64,000 nucleotides of DNA from Candidatus Bathyarchaeia archaeon (GCA_049512075.1 JBEKXL010000003.1:64001-128000); one strand, 5' to 3'. Positions 19,897 through 30,991 are shown, counted from the first letter of the stretch. Notes: generated from the sequence alone by a model not told the origin. Numbers and translations are program-made.

Positions 19897-21606
19897 GTGA
19901 AATCCGTGGAGAAATTCACTCATGACATAATAATTGTTGGCGCCGGCCTAGCAGGCCTAAGGGCTGCTGTCGCAGCGGCTGAAGTTGACGGCAAACTGGA
20001 CATAGCCGTCATTTCTAAGCACCATCCTTTGCGATCGCACTCTGTTTGCGCACAGGGTGGAACAGGAGCAGTTACGAACGAAAAAGACTCTTACGACCTC
20101 CATGCTTATGATACAGTGAAGGGCGCAGATTTCCTCGCAGACCAAGACGTTGCAGAATTCTTCGTCAGGGGAGCACCGAAAGAAATAGTCCTTACAGAAC
20201 ACTGGGGTTGCCCGTGGAGCAGAACGGCTGACGGAAAAATAGATCAAAGAGCATTCGGCGGACACAGTTTCCCACGAGCATGCTTTGCCGCTGACATGAC
20301 AGGCTTTCATGAAATGCACGCCCTGTACGCGAAGGCAACATCGAACAGCAACATAAAATTCTACGACGAATGGTTCGTGACTTCCCTAATCGTAGAAAAC
20401 GCAACAGCAGCAGGTCTTACAGCGTTGGAAATGAAGACAGGTCAAATGTACGCGTTCCAAGCCAAATCAATCGTGATGGCAACGGGAGGACACGAACGCA
20501 TCTACGAGTTCACAACTTTTTCACACACGACAACAGGCGACGGAATGGCCATGGCCTACCGCGCAGGTGCAGCACTGGAAGACATGGAGTTCGTCCAGTT
20601 CCACCCAACAGGCATGGTTCCCTCAGGCGTGCTGATAACGGAGGGCGCACGAGGAGAAGGAGGCTACCTAATCAACGCCAACGGCGAACGCTTCATGAAA
20701 AAGTACGCACCTGAAAAAATGGAACTAGCGCCACGAGACGTGGTTTCACGAGCAGAACAAACAGAAATACTGGAAGGAAGAGGCTTGCAAGGACCCTACG
20801 GGCCCTACATAGCGATAGACCTTAGGCACCTGGGCGAAGAGAAAATAAACCTACGACTACCGCTCATCAGAGACGTCGCGATAAAACTCGGCGGAGTAGA
20901 CCCCGTCAAGGAACCTATACCCATCAGGCCAGCGGCCCATTACTCGATGGGAGGAATCAAGGCCAACATAAAAACTGAGACACCCATTTCAGGTTTATAC
21001 GCTTCAGGAGAATGCTCATGCCTGAGCCTACACGGGGCAAACAGACTGGGCACAAACTCCACAGCAGAATGCCTAGTCTTCGGCGCAGTATCAGGCGAAC
21101 AAGCTGCCAAACACGCGTTAACCGCAGGCTTACATGAACTGCCGCAGGAAAAATTGGCGGCAGAAGAAAAACGAGTTTTTGACCAGATATTAGGAAGCGA
21201 AGGCTCCGAAAAAGTCCCGGACATCAGGGATGAAATGAGACGAATAATGAATGAGAAAGCATGGATATACAGAAGAGGAGACCAACTCGAAAGCGGCCTC
21301 AAAGAAATCAGACATCTCAAACAAAGGTTCAAAAAGATGAAAGTTCAGGACAAGGGAAGACCATTCAACACTGGAATGCTGAACGCAATACAACTTGATT
21401 TCATGCTGGATCTAGCTGAAATCACCATGGTCTGCGCCCTCCCGCGGAACGAATCGCGCGGAGCACACTCCAGAACGGACTATCCAAAACGCGACGACCA
21501 GAACTGGCTCAAACACACACTCGCATACTACACCAAGGACGGGCCGAGACTCGAATACAGTCCAGTAACGATAACCAGATGGCCGCCAGTGGCCAGAACC
21601 TACTAG
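19897..21606 (+). CDS. sdhA: Succinate dehydrogenase/fumarate reductase flavoprotein (TfrA-like)
   Basis: [44 protein letters not shown]. Confidence 0.93.
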   Translation: MKSVEKFTHDIIIVGAGLAGLRAAVAAAEVDGKLDIAVISKHHPLRSHSVCAQGGTGAVTNEKDSYDLHAYDTVKGADFLADQDVAEFFVRGAPKEIVLTEHWGCPWSRTADGKIDQRAFGGHSFPRACFAADMTGFHEMHALYAKATSNSNIKFYDEWFVTSLIVENATAAGLTALEMKTGQMYAFQAKSIVMATGGHERIYEFTTFSHTTTGDGMAMAYRAGAALEDMEFVQFHPTGMVPSGVLITEGARGEGGYLINANGERFMKKYAPEKMELAPRDVVSRAEQTEILEGRGLQGPYGPYIAIDLRHLGEEKINLRLPLIRDVAIKLGGVDPVKEPIPIRPAAHYSMGGIKANIKTETPISGLYASGECSCLSLHGANRLGTNSTAECLVFGAVSGEQAAKHALTAGLHELPQEKLAAEEKRVFDQILGSEGSEKVPDIRDEMRRIMNEKAWIYRRGDQLESGLKEIRHLKQRFKKMKVQDKGRPFNTGMLNAIQLDFMLDLAEITMVCALPRNESRGAHSRTDYPKRDDQNWLKHTLAYYTKDGPRLEYSPVTITRWPPVARTY

Positions 21607-21620
21607 GAGCGTGAAGTGAC

Positions 21621-23186
21621 GTGAGCACCAAAGTTGAGAAAACTGTTGAATTCAACATAAGTCGATTTGACCCAGAACAGAAAAGGCATTACGTCTCAAC
21701 GTTCAAAGTTCCCATTCGCAAAGGAACAACTCTTCTCGACGCCTTGCTTTACATCAAAGATCAATTTGACGATTCACTCACTTTTAGACAGTCGTGCAGG
21801 ATGGGTATCTGCGGAGACTGCGCAATAAACGTTAACGGCAAGCCGATGCTGGCCTGTTACACACAGGTGCTTGACCTCGTAGCAGACTCTCTGACCGTTC
21901 AACCTCTCTCAAACGCTTCTGTGATAAAAGATCTGGTCGTCGACATGCAACCTTTCTTCGAAACCTACAAGAGAATCAACCCACTCCTGATTAAACCTGA
22001 AGAAGAGTTCAAGAAGCCTAATGAATTCCCCCAGAGCCAGGCGGATCTCAAGAAATACTGGGACCTAACACTCTGCATCAAATGCTCTATCTGCAACTCA
22101 GCCTGTCCGGCAGCGATAGATGAGAAGTTTCTCGGACCCTCAGCGTTGACGGCTACCTATCGATTCGTAACAGATTCGAGGGATCAAGGGCTGGATCAAC
22201 GGTTGAAACCAATGGCTGATAACGTTTGGCTCTGCACCCAATGTAACTCGTGCACGATGTTCTGCCCCAAAAAACTAGCCTGCGCAAACGCCATAGTCGA
22301 CGACCATAGCCTCTTGGTCGAAGCTGGAGACATCCCAAGAACCGTCAAAGACGTGCTCGAAAGCGTGTACAAATACCACAACCCCATGGGGACACCACAG
22401 GCAAAAAGGATGGATTGGGCAAAAGATCTGAACGTCAAAACGTTTCCAACAACAACAAAGGCCGATATCCTGTTCTTCACCTGCTGCTCAAACACTTACG
22501 ATATGAGAAACCAAGAAGCCGCAAGAACCATGGCCTCCATATTCGATCACATGCAACTCTCCTTTGCAACGTTAGGCACTGAAGAATGGTGCTGCGGAGA
22601 CCACATGCTGAGGCTCGGGGAAAAAGGCCTGTTCGAAGAACTTGCCGAGCACAACATTTCAATGTTCAAGAAATTCGATGCACAGAAAATTGTAACGTTA
22701 TCGCCACACTGCTACAACACCTTCAAGAATGACAAGCCTTACAGCGATGCCGGCCTGAACGTGCAACATTACACTCAATTCCTGGCAGAGGCCGTTGAAA
22801 AAGGAAGCATCAAACTCTCCAAACCCATAAACAAGAGAATCGCCTACCACGACCCCTGCTTCTTGGGCAAACGCAACGAAGTGTTTGACGCGCCACGGAA
22901 GATCCTAGAGTCGATGAAAGGCGTAGAACTTGTCGAAATGAGAAGGACACGACAGAGCAGCTTCTGCTGCGGCGGAGGAGCTGGAAGAGTGTGGACAGAA
23001 GACGCCTTGCCCGAAAAGAGACCCAGCACAAACCGACTCCAAGAAGCACTTAGCCTCAACGTCGACACAGTTGCCGTGGCCTGTCCGTACTGCGTAACCA
23101 CTCTAGAAGACGCGGTAAAAGTGCTAGACGTTGAAAACAAGGTTTCGGTAAAAGACATTCTAGAACTCGTTAAAGAAGCACTGTAA
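21621..23186 (+). CDS. SdhB/FrdB Fe-S domain fused to two CCG domains (TfrB-like thiol:fumarate reductase subunit)
   Basis: SCRMGICGDC 2Fe-2S, CIKCSIC and CTQCNSC clusters, then EWCCG, YHDPC, FCCGGG, ACPYC. Confidence 0.85.
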   Translation: MSTKVEKTVEFNISRFDPEQKRHYVSTFKVPIRKGTTLLDALLYIKDQFDDSLTFRQSCRMGICGDCAINVNGKPMLACYTQVLDLVADSLTVQPLSNASVIKDLVVDMQPFFETYKRINPLLIKPEEEFKKPNEFPQSQADLKKYWDLTLCIKCSICNSACPAAIDEKFLGPSALTATYRFVTDSRDQGLDQRLKPMADNVWLCTQCNSCTMFCPKKLACANAIVDDHSLLVEAGDIPRTVKDVLESVYKYHNPMGTPQAKRMDWAKDLNVKTFPTTTKADILFFTCCSNTYDMRNQEAARTMASIFDHMQLSFATLGTEEWCCGDHMLRLGEKGLFEELAEHNISMFKKFDAQKIVTLSPHCYNTFKNDKPYSDAGLNVQHYTQFLAEAVEKGSIKLSKPINKRIAYHDPCFLGKRNEVFDAPRKILESMKGVELVEMRRTRQSSFCCGGGAGRVWTEDALPEKRPSTNRLQEALSLNVDTVAVACPYCVTTLEDAVKVLDVENKVSVKDILELVKEAL

Positions 23187-23340
23187 ACCTAAAAGAATGC
23201 CTCTATCCTCTCACTCTTTCCATATATATCCACCGTCAGAACGTCGATTCATCTTCGTCCAAAACCCAAATTTTGAAACGATAAATTAATATCAACCCTG
23301 CACGTTCGTTTAGAACCAGCATGGTGCAGAGGGAACAGTA

Positions 23341-25188
23341 TTGTTTGGTTATGCAGGGCGTGTACTCTATGTTGATTTAACAACCGGAAAAACTCACACA
23401 GAACCTCTTAACGAAGAGTATGCCAAAAAATACATCGGGGGAATGGGCTTAGGCATGCGACTTTGGCTAGACAATTCCAAGCCCAAGATAGACCCGTTCG
23501 ACCCAGAAAACCCACTGGTCGTCGCGAATGGCCCCATATCGGGTACGATGTGGCCTACAGGCGGAAATGGACATGCGTTTGTTTCCAAGTCCCCGCAGAC
23601 CTTTGGGATAGGCGAGGCCAAGGCTCACGGCACTTTTGGAACAGAATTGAAAAGAGCAGGATATGATGCTGTCGTCTTCAAGGGCAAGGCCGAAAAGCCA
23701 GTCTACGCCTGGATTGATGATGATTCAGTTCAGCTTTTGGATGCTTCAGGCTTGATGGGAAAATCGCCCGGCGAGACTGAAGATGCCATAAGGGAGGAGC
23801 TGGGTGACTACTACATCCGAGTTGCATCAATAGGCGTCGCAGGCGAAAAGCTTGCCCGAATGGCTTGCATTATCAATGACAAGACCAGGGCGGCTGGAAG
23901 AACCGGCTTAGGCGCAGTTATGGGTTCAAAAAACCTAAAAGCGATTGCCGTGCGCGGAACACACGACGTCACGGTTGCCAAACTGGATGAGTTCATGGAG
24001 TATGTGAAGGAATTTCATGAAAGAATGAAAGGTCCTGCCACGCAGAAGTACAGAACTCTCGGCACGCCAGAAAACGTCCTCGTTCACAATTCACTGTCTT
24101 GCATGCCCACAAGAAACTTCAATAACTCAAGGTTTGAAGGTGCGGAGAAGATCAGCGGCGAATGTTTGAATGAGAAGTATGTCGCAAAAATCATCGGATG
24201 TAGTTCTTGCGCGATGCGATGTGAGCACATGTGCGTGGTTCCGGAGGGACCATACAAAAACACGATGACACGCATGGAATATGAAACGCTTTGGGCGCTC
24301 GGTCCCTTCTGCGGGGTTGATAGACTCGACGCAATAGTAAAGGGAATGGCACTAACGAACTATTACGGTGTGGATTCAATCAGCGCCGGCGTAACCATCG
24401 GTTTTGCAATGGACTGCTATGAGAGAGGCATACTAACTCAGAAAGAACTCGACGGCATAGACGCAAAGTTTGGCAACGCTGAAGCAATGGTTCAACTGGT
24501 TGAAAAAATCGGCAAGCGCGAAGGCGTCGGCGATTTACTGGCGGATGGAGCGAAATTTGCAGCTGATCGCATAGGCAAAGATTCCTACAAGTTGGCAGCA
24601 ACAATAAAAGGAGTTGAAACAACAGGCTATGACCTGAGATGCCTTAAGACAGCAGCGTTAGGTTTTGCCGTCTCTTTCCGCGGAGCTGACCACAACAGAC
24701 ATGGAGCCTACGCGTTTGACGTGAAGGGCAAAGTCAACAGGCTTATAGCTGAAAAGGGCAGAGGCAAGCTTGTCAGGGACATGCAAGACGTTTACAACGT
24801 CATAGACTCATTTATCGTCTGCAAGTTTTCGAGAGGCACGTACTACAAAGAACTGCCAGACATGGCGAAGCTCTACACTCTGGTGACTGGATTCGACATG
24901 ACACCTGAAGAACTGAAGAAAGCAGGCGAAAGAATAGAAAACCTTGCAAAGCTCATCAACCTCAGAGAAGGCTTGGGCAGAAAAGACGACACGCTGCCGT
25001 ACAAGGTGATGCACGACCCAATCCCAGACGAAGGCCCATCCAAGGGAGCCATGGTAACACAGCAAGAACTAGACCTGCTTCTAGACGACTATTACGAATC
25101 AAGAGGCTGGACAAAAGAAGGAGTTCCCACAGTGGAGAAGCTCAAGGAGTTAGGCATGGATGACCTGATTCACATCATCCACAAGTAA
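23341..25188 (+). CDS. aor: Tungsten aldehyde:ferredoxin oxidoreductase family
   Basis: ELKRAGYD, AAGRTGLGAVMGSKNLKA, CSSCAMRC, EYET, YYESRGW. Confidence 0.92.
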   Translation: MFGYAGRVLYVDLTTGKTHTEPLNEEYAKKYIGGMGLGMRLWLDNSKPKIDPFDPENPLVVANGPISGTMWPTGGNGHAFVSKSPQTFGIGEAKAHGTFGTELKRAGYDAVVFKGKAEKPVYAWIDDDSVQLLDASGLMGKSPGETEDAIREELGDYYIRVASIGVAGEKLARMACIINDKTRAAGRTGLGAVMGSKNLKAIAVRGTHDVTVAKLDEFMEYVKEFHERMKGPATQKYRTLGTPENVLVHNSLSCMPTRNFNNSRFEGAEKISGECLNEKYVAKIIGCSSCAMRCEHMCVVPEGPYKNTMTRMEYETLWALGPFCGVDRLDAIVKGMALTNYYGVDSISAGVTIGFAMDCYERGILTQKELDGIDAKFGNAEAMVQLVEKIGKREGVGDLLADGAKFAADRIGKDSYKLAATIKGVETTGYDLRCLKTAALGFAVSFRGADHNRHGAYAFDVKGKVNRLIAEKGRGKLVRDMQDVYNVIDSFIVCKFSRGTYYKELPDMAKLYTLVTGFDMTPEELKKAGERIENLAKLINLREGLGRKDDTLPYKVMHDPIPDEGPSKGAMVTQQELDLLLDDYYESRGWTKEGVPTVEKLKELGMDDLIHIIHK

Positions 25189-25201
25189 TGGAGGAAAAAA
25201 A

Positions 25202-25708
25202 ATGGTGAAGATTCATGAAAGAAAATTTGTATCCGCAGACCCTGACAAATGCGTAGGATGCCAAGTGTGCGAATACATTTGCTCCTTGACCAAGGAAAAA
25301 GCATTCAACCCTCTAAAATCCCGTATAAGAGTGGTCAGAATAAACCAGCTGATAAACCTGGCCGTAACGTGCAGGCTGTGCGAAGACCCACCATGCGTCG
25401 CCGCCTGCCCAAGAAAAAGCCTAACCCAGTCTGAAGAAACTGGACTGATAAGCGTGGATAAAGACAAGTGCAACGGCTGCGGATGGTGCATTGAAGCGTG
25501 CGACTACGGGGCAATCATGCTGCACCCTGACAACAAGGTTGTCTACGTCTGTGACTTGTGCAAAGAGAAAGGAGAACCGCAATGCGTCAAGTGGTGTCCA
25601 GAAGAAGCCCTCGAAGTGACCACGAGCGACGTCTTGGCGCAAAAAGCAAGAATAACAGCGGTCAAGAAGCTGTTCCAAGAAGCTGTCAAAGAAACCCAGA
25701 AAACCTAA
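25202..25708 (+). CDS. 4Fe-4S dicluster protein (AOR-associated, DmsB/HydN-like)
   Basis: CVGCQVC, CRLCEDPPC...CP, CNGCGWC, CDLC...PQCVKWCP. Confidence 0.9.
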   Translation: MVKIHERKFVSADPDKCVGCQVCEYICSLTKEKAFNPLKSRIRVVRINQLINLAVTCRLCEDPPCVAACPRKSLTQSEETGLISVDKDKCNGCGWCIEACDYGAIMLHPDNKVVYVCDLCKEKGEPQCVKWCPEEALEVTTSDVLAQKARITAVKKLFQEAVKETQKT

Positions 25709-25872
25709 CCTTTTTCCCAGCACCGCTCTAACATAATTTTTCATGGCCCGCGCAGTTCATCAGTGATGCGGGTTATGGATGTTCTTCTAACGGTTTTAAT
25801 GCGAGCACGCGCTGTAGTTCCGGTAGTTTAAAGGAAAAAGGATGGGACAGGGGTTGTGACAGCTCATCGCGT

Positions 25873-27003
25873 TTATTCGAGTACGAATATGTTTCTCTTG
25901 CGGCACATGTCTTTGAGTATTCTCGGCCAAACGGTAACGCTGACCTCGCCTAGGTGTGCCTTCTTGAGTATTGCCATTTGCGTGCGGGACTGACCGATCC
26001 CTCCGCCTATGCTAAGCGGAATCTCGTTTTTAATTATGCCCTGGTGGTACGGGTACTTGAGAAAGTCAAGCTGACCCGACATCTCTAGTTGCTTCTTAAG
26101 TGTTTCCGCGTTGACTCGGATGCCCATTGATGTCAATTCGTGGCGTCGCTTCGTCACAGGGTTCCAGATGAGAATGTCTCCGTTGAGACCGTGCATCGGT
26201 TTTCCGTCCTTGGACTTCGTCTCGGTTACCCAGTCATCATAGTCCGCCGCCCTCATTTCATGGGGGTAGCCGTCTCTGAGGGGCCAACCGATTCCGTAAA
26301 TGAAAATCCCCGGGTACTCCTGCAGAATCCTCGTCTCGCGCTGCTTGCGAGGCAGGTCGGGGTACTTGTCAAGGAGGTCCTCGGCATGCAGGAAAGTGAG
26401 CTTGTCAGGCAAGTCTGGATACTTGTCCGTTTTCAATTGAGGATAGAGTTTCTGCACGTGCTTCTCGGCGCCCTTGATGACCTTCCAGATTTTCTCCACG
26501 GTCTCGGTGAGGTACTTGAGGTTACGCTCCTTCTCAGTTATCGCCTTTTCCCAGTCCCACTGGTCAACGTAGGCGCTATGGTCATGGTCGAGGAAGTAGT
26601 CCTTGCGCACGGCACGCATGTCAGTGCACAGGCCTTCGCCAGGCTTCATCCCGAACTCTTTCAGGGCCAGCCGCTTCCACTTGGTCGCAGCCTGGACGAT
26701 TTGAGCGTCGACTGGATGCTTGTCATAGTCGTTTGAAATGTGGAATTGAATGGGTGTACGCGAGCCATCACGATCCAAAAGGTCGTTGACGCCGCTCAGG
26801 ACGTCCACGATGAGGGGAACCTGCACCATTATCAGATTGAGCTCTTTGCACAGGTTTTCCTCGATGTAGCTTTTCACCGCAAATATCGCTTTCTGCGTCT
26901 CTTTCGGGTCTAAAATAGAGTGGTAGTCTTTCGGCAGAATCTTCTCCAGCTCATCGTAGCTGCCGATACCTGGACCAGCAAGATCCGCTTTCTTGTCCGA
27001 CAT
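25873..27003 (-). CDS. asnA: Aspartate-ammonia ligase (AsnA)
   Basis: KWKR, HSAYVDQWDWE, RAADYDDW, GLNGDI, SIGGGIGQSR, HLGEV; likely start MSDKK. Confidence 0.9.
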   Translation of the reverse strand: MSDKKADLAGPGIGSYDELEKILPKDYHSILDPKETQKAIFAVKSYIEENLCKELNLIMVQVPLIVDVLSGVNDLLDRDGSRTPIQFHISNDYDKHPVDAQIVQAATKWKRLALKEFGMKPGEGLCTDMRAVRKDYFLDHDHSAYVDQWDWEKAITEKERNLKYLTETVEKIWKVIKGAEKHVQKLYPQLKTDKYPDLPDKLTFLHAEDLLDKYPDLPRKQRETRILQEYPGIFIYGIGWPLRDGYPHEMRAADYDDWVTETKSKDGKPMHGLNGDILIWNPVTKRRHELTSMGIRVNAETLKKQLEMSGQLDFLKYPYHQGIIKNEIPLSIGGGIGQSRTQMAILKKAHLGEVSVTVWPRILKDMCRKRNIFVLE

Positions 27004-27123
27004 GAATATCACACACCGAATCGGATACTCGGCCCAACAATATAAGTTTTCACCAAAGACCGCTTGAGAATCCAACATTGCCCGCGCAGTCGTAACAATC
27101 AGACGCTAACGAGGCTAAGGCAA

Positions 27124-27621
27124 CTATTCTGGAAGAAGTCCAAGCAATGTCTGGACGATTTCCTTCACGGATGCTTCAACACAGGGAGTCAGACCCTCTC
27201 CAAAATCACTCTTCTCGGGTTCCACCAGCAACAGGGCAATTCTCGCTTGGGTTGTCTCCCTAACATGCTCACAGAATATCCGCAGTGGAAGCATGTGTGT
27301 CGAAAAGGCAGGAGACATTGTCAACAGCTCAGGTTCAACAAGCTTGTAACCGCCAGGCTTTAAGCCCAGAAGCGCAGCGTCTATCAGAAGAACGTGCGTT
27401 GGACTGAAATCTACGATTTGAGGCACGGAATCTTCAGGAACCGTTTCGCATTCTATGAGGTGTACCCTATCAGAAACCTTTCCCTGCAAGTCTTGGACCA
27501 CTCTCACTCCAACATAGTCGTCCATGCGAATGGTGTTTCCAACGCCGGCCAGAACGACTCTTTCAGCGTTTGAAAGCCACTTTCCAAGCTCCTTCCGAAC
27601 ACTGAATCTTGGGTTAACCAC
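27124..27621 (-). CDS. hycI: Hydrogenase maturation endopeptidase (HycI-like)
   Basis: GVGNTIRMDDYVG, ETVPE, IDAA, STH. Confidence 0.88.
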   Translation of the reverse strand: MVNPRFSVRKELGKWLSNAERVVLAGVGNTIRMDDYVGVRVVQDLQGKVSDRVHLIECETVPEDSVPQIVDFSPTHVLLIDAALLGLKPGGYKLVEPELLTMSPAFSTHMLPLRIFCEHVRETTQARIALLLVEPEKSDFGEGLTPCVEASVKEIVQTLLGLLPE

Positions 27622-27667
27622 TAGAAATCGCCAACAGAACACAATCAGAGGAAAAAGGAAAAAGAGT

Positions 27668-29122
27668 TTATCTCTCTAGTTTCTGAACGAGTTTCCTGTT
27701 TGCGTCGTAGATTGCCACGGTTAAGGGCATTTGTCCTACGGCGAAATGTGTGGCGCATCCGAAGCAGGGATCGTATGCTCTGAAGGCCATTTCGACCATG
27801 TTGAGTATGCCTTGGTTCACTTTTCCGTCGTGTATGAGACCTTTTGCCGCGTCGCGGATGGACATGCAGATTGCTGGGTAGTTGTTGGTTGTCGCTACAA
27901 TCATGTTGACATCCTTGATAAGCGCGTCCTTGTCCAGCACGTAATGGTGATACAGTGTGCCCCTTGCTGCCTCGACGACTCCTACGCCCTCGCCGGGCTC
28001 GCCCGGCTTGTTCCGCACGTTCGTGCTCGTTATCTCAGGGTCTCTTACGAGCTCAAGCGCCCGTTCAGTCGCGTAGAGTAGCTCAATCAGTCTTGCCCAG
28101 TGGAATGCCAGAGTGCCGTGTACCGGTTTTCCGCCTAGTGTCTTGTACATTACTTCGTACTCTTCCTGTGCAAGCGGTGTTGCCATGCCGTCTGAAGCGT
28201 TGAGTCTTCCAAGCGGACCCACACGGTAGACTCCGCTGTCCGGACCGTAAACTAGGCCTTTCCATCCTACCTTCTTGAGGAACGGGAACTTTGAGTAGGT
28301 CCACTCTTCCACGTGTTCGCCGATCTGTGTCAGGTAGTCTTTTGGTTCAAACTTGAGGAATTCGCCGCCGCTGGGATAGACGACTCTGATTTTACCGTCG
28401 TAAAAGTTGACTTTGTTGTGCTCATCGACCAGGCCCATATAGTACGTGTTCATCGTGTACGCGTCGCTCTTGATCATGTCAACGTACTTCGGGTTTCCCA
28501 GAACAATGTCATGAAATATTTTCAGGGTGAATTTTGCAAACTCCAAGGACGATGCTGCCATCATCTCGATTTCTTGTCTGTTCTCTTCGCTCAGCGGCTT
28601 CGAGATGCCTCCGGGCAACCCGCACACGGGATGCGTCGCTTTTCCGCCCAGAATCGCCGTTATCCTTTGTCCGTAGGCTCGGTGCTTGATGACCTCCTTG
28701 GCCACATCCATCCCAGCCTTCTCAATGACTCCCAGTATGTTTCTTTTCTCAGGCGGAGCGTCAGGTCCAACGATGAAGTCCGGTCCACCCAGATAGTAGA
28801 AGTGCAGTATGTGGTCATAGATGATGTATCCAGCGTACATGAGTTCTCTGAGCTTTTTAGCTGCTGATGGAGGGTCAACGTTGAACGCTGCGTCCAAGGC
28901 TTTTGTGGCAGCGAAATGGTGGGCGACGGGGCAGACTCCGCAGATTCTGGTCGTGAGAATCGGCATGAGTTCAGCTCTTCTGCCGACGCAGAACTGTTCG
29001 AACCCCCTGAGTTCAGGTATCTTGAGGTAGGCGTTTTCAACTTCGCCCTCGTTGTTCAGGAATATCGAAACGTTGCCGTGTCCTTCCAGTCTTGTTATTG
29101 GATCTATGACGATTTCCTTCAT
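27668..29122 (-). CDS. mvhA: Group 3c [NiFe] hydrogenase large subunit
   Basis: TRLEGHG, L1 RICGVCP..H, L2 RAYDPCFGCATH plus cleavable tail. Confidence 0.93.
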   Translation of the reverse strand: MKEIVIDPITRLEGHGNVSIFLNNEGEVENAYLKIPELRGFEQFCVGRRAELMPILTTRICGVCPVAHHFAATKALDAAFNVDPPSAAKKLRELMYAGYIIYDHILHFYYLGGPDFIVGPDAPPEKRNILGVIEKAGMDVAKEVIKHRAYGQRITAILGGKATHPVCGLPGGISKPLSEENRQEIEMMAASSLEFAKFTLKIFHDIVLGNPKYVDMIKSDAYTMNTYYMGLVDEHNKVNFYDGKIRVVYPSGGEFLKFEPKDYLTQIGEHVEEWTYSKFPFLKKVGWKGLVYGPDSGVYRVGPLGRLNASDGMATPLAQEEYEVMYKTLGGKPVHGTLAFHWARLIELLYATERALELVRDPEITSTNVRNKPGEPGEGVGVVEAARGTLYHHYVLDKDALIKDVNMIVATTNNYPAICMSIRDAAKGLIHDGKVNQGILNMVEMAFRAYDPCFGCATHFAVGQMPLTVAIYDANRKLVQKLER

Positions 29123-30099
29123 TGTTCCATCACTTTCCTCCTGAGGATTGATGATGGTAAAGAGTACATGTAGAACGTTCCAAGAGGATCCTTGATCTGG
29201 TCCATCAGGTTGTCAACATCCTCCTGGGTGTAATGCTCCGTCTCGCCTTCCAGCCCTAGTATTGAAGCTAACGCGCTCATCATTGCTGCTCCTTGCTCCG
29301 GCGAGTTGGGACATGGTCCACCGCATCCTGTGCAGGGCATGTCAACCGTGAGGCATTGAGCTCCGCAGCCGCTGCGAGTCGCTGGTCCCATGCATATTAT
29401 GCCCTGTTCGAGCAGACACTTCTCCGGTTCTGGGATCTTTTCATGAACACGGTATATCTTGGAGATTTTCTTGTTATCCTTCTTTCGTGGGCATTCGTCG
29501 CAGACAGATTTCAACGGTGCAAGCACTGAACCCTTTGGCGGCAGCTGGTTGTTCGCGATGGCATCCACGGCAGTCGCTATGAGTTTGACTGGAGGTGGGC
29601 AACCGGGCAGGTAGTAGTCTACGTCAACGGTCTGATCCAGGGTTTTTACTGTGTTGTAGAACTCTGGAAGCTTCAATGTGCCTTCTTTTGCTTCGGTCGT
29701 GGTTTTGGGAACGATTCTTTTTGGGTTAGCGATGGACTTGCTTTCCAGATAGACTTTGTCAAAGATTTCTTTGCGGTCATGGAGATTTGCTAGGCCTGGT
29801 ATGCACCCTTCTTGGGCGCACGAGCCGAACGCCACGAGCGTCTTGGATTTTTGTCTCAGGAGCTTGGCCATGTGTTCCTGTTCCCCGGTCCTGATTGACC
29901 CGTTGAAGAAGCATATGTCTATGTACTTGTCGGGCATGGCTTCAACGTCTTTGTATTTGACGTCTATAGCAACAGGCCAGAACACTATGTCCGCGATTTT
30001 CACTACGTCCAGTATTTTCTCGTTTATGTCCAGCACTGCGATTTCGCATCCGCCGCAGCTTGCAGCCCAGTAGAAACCCAGTTTCAGTTTTTCGCCCAT
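29119..30099 (-). CDS. mvhG: [NiFe] hydrogenase small subunit
   Basis: SCGGC, FGSCA, LPGCPP, CDEC, CMGPAT.SGC, PCTGC. Confidence 0.92.
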   Translation of the reverse strand: MGEKLKLGFYWAASCGGCEIAVLDINEKILDVVKIADIVFWPVAIDVKYKDVEAMPDKYIDICFFNGSIRTGEQEHMAKLLRQKSKTLVAFGSCAQEGCIPGLANLHDRKEIFDKVYLESKSIANPKRIVPKTTTEAKEGTLKLPEFYNTVKTLDQTVDVDYYLPGCPPPVKLIATAVDAIANNQLPPKGSVLAPLKSVCDECPRKKDNKKISKIYRVHEKIPEPEKCLLEQGIICMGPATRSGCGAQCLTVDMPCTGCGGPCPNSPEQGAAMMSALASILGLEGETEHYTQEDVDNLMDQIKDPLGTFYMYSLPSSILRRKVMEQ

Positions 30100-30990
30100 T
30101 TACTTTCCACCTTCACACACTTGTCCCAATATTTTTGAACAGTCAACGCGAAGTTCATTGAAAGCCAGTTCTTCAGGCGACATTCCCATTGCCAAACCCA
30201 GCAGTTGGGGGTAATGCAGGATTGGAATACCGTAAACCTCGTTGAACATTTTTTCTATGCGCAACTCGTTCGTGTCGTACATGATGTGGCAGAACGGGCA
30301 TATTGTTATCATCGCCTGCGCATCCACAGTCTTGATGTGGTTCAGCTTGTCCCTTGCCAGCTGCAGAGCGATCTTATCGTTCACGCCAACGCTTGGAGCA
30401 CCGCAGCATTCTGTCTCATCCAGGTAATCCAAACACGTTGCCCCAGTCGCTTCAATCAAGGTCTTGAGCGTTTTCGGATCCTCAGGATCATCAAAACCGA
30501 TATATTCCTTAGGCCTCAAAATGTGGCAACCGTTGTGTTCAGCGACTTTCACGTTTGTAAGCGGCCTGACGACCATTTCTTTTATCTTCTCCAACCCTAC
30601 GTCTTCAACCAGCACCTGCAACAAGTGCTTTGCCGTAACCGTTCCCTTGAACTCCAGTCCGGCTTCCTTCAAACGCCCGTTTATCTCTTCACACATGTGC
30701 TTATCTTCTTTCAACATCTTGCTGACTTTCTTCAAAGTCCCAGCACAGCCTGGGCACAAGGCCACGACATCCAATCCCTTCTGCTCCGCTATGGCAAGAT
30801 TTCTGGCTGCCAGAATGAGCATCGTTTCGTGGCTCACAGGATCTAACGGAAGCCCGCAACAGTTGAACTCGGGCATCTCAACTATTTCCACGCCGAGTCT
30901 CTGCAGGATTTTGCGCGCGGAGATCTCGTACGCAACTACACGGTAGGGAATTGCGCATCCCAGAAACAGGAGATACTTGTGTTCGGCCAT
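30100..30990 (-). CDS. hdrB: Heterodisulfide reductase subunit B
   Basis: FLGC, CCG, CPGC, HNGCH, ECCG, CPFC. Confidence 0.92.
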   Translation of the reverse strand: MAEHKYLLFLGCAIPYRVVAYEISARKILQRLGVEIVEMPEFNCCGLPLDPVSHETMLILAARNLAIAEQKGLDVVALCPGCAGTLKKVSKMLKEDKHMCEEINGRLKEAGLEFKGTVTAKHLLQVLVEDVGLEKIKEMVVRPLTNVKVAEHNGCHILRPKEYIGFDDPEDPKTLKTLIEATGATCLDYLDETECCGAPSVGVNDKIALQLARDKLNHIKTVDAQAMITICPFCHIMYDTNELRIEKMFNEVYGIPILHYPQLLGLAMGMSPEELAFNELRVDCSKILGQVCEGGK

Positions 30991-30991
30991 T

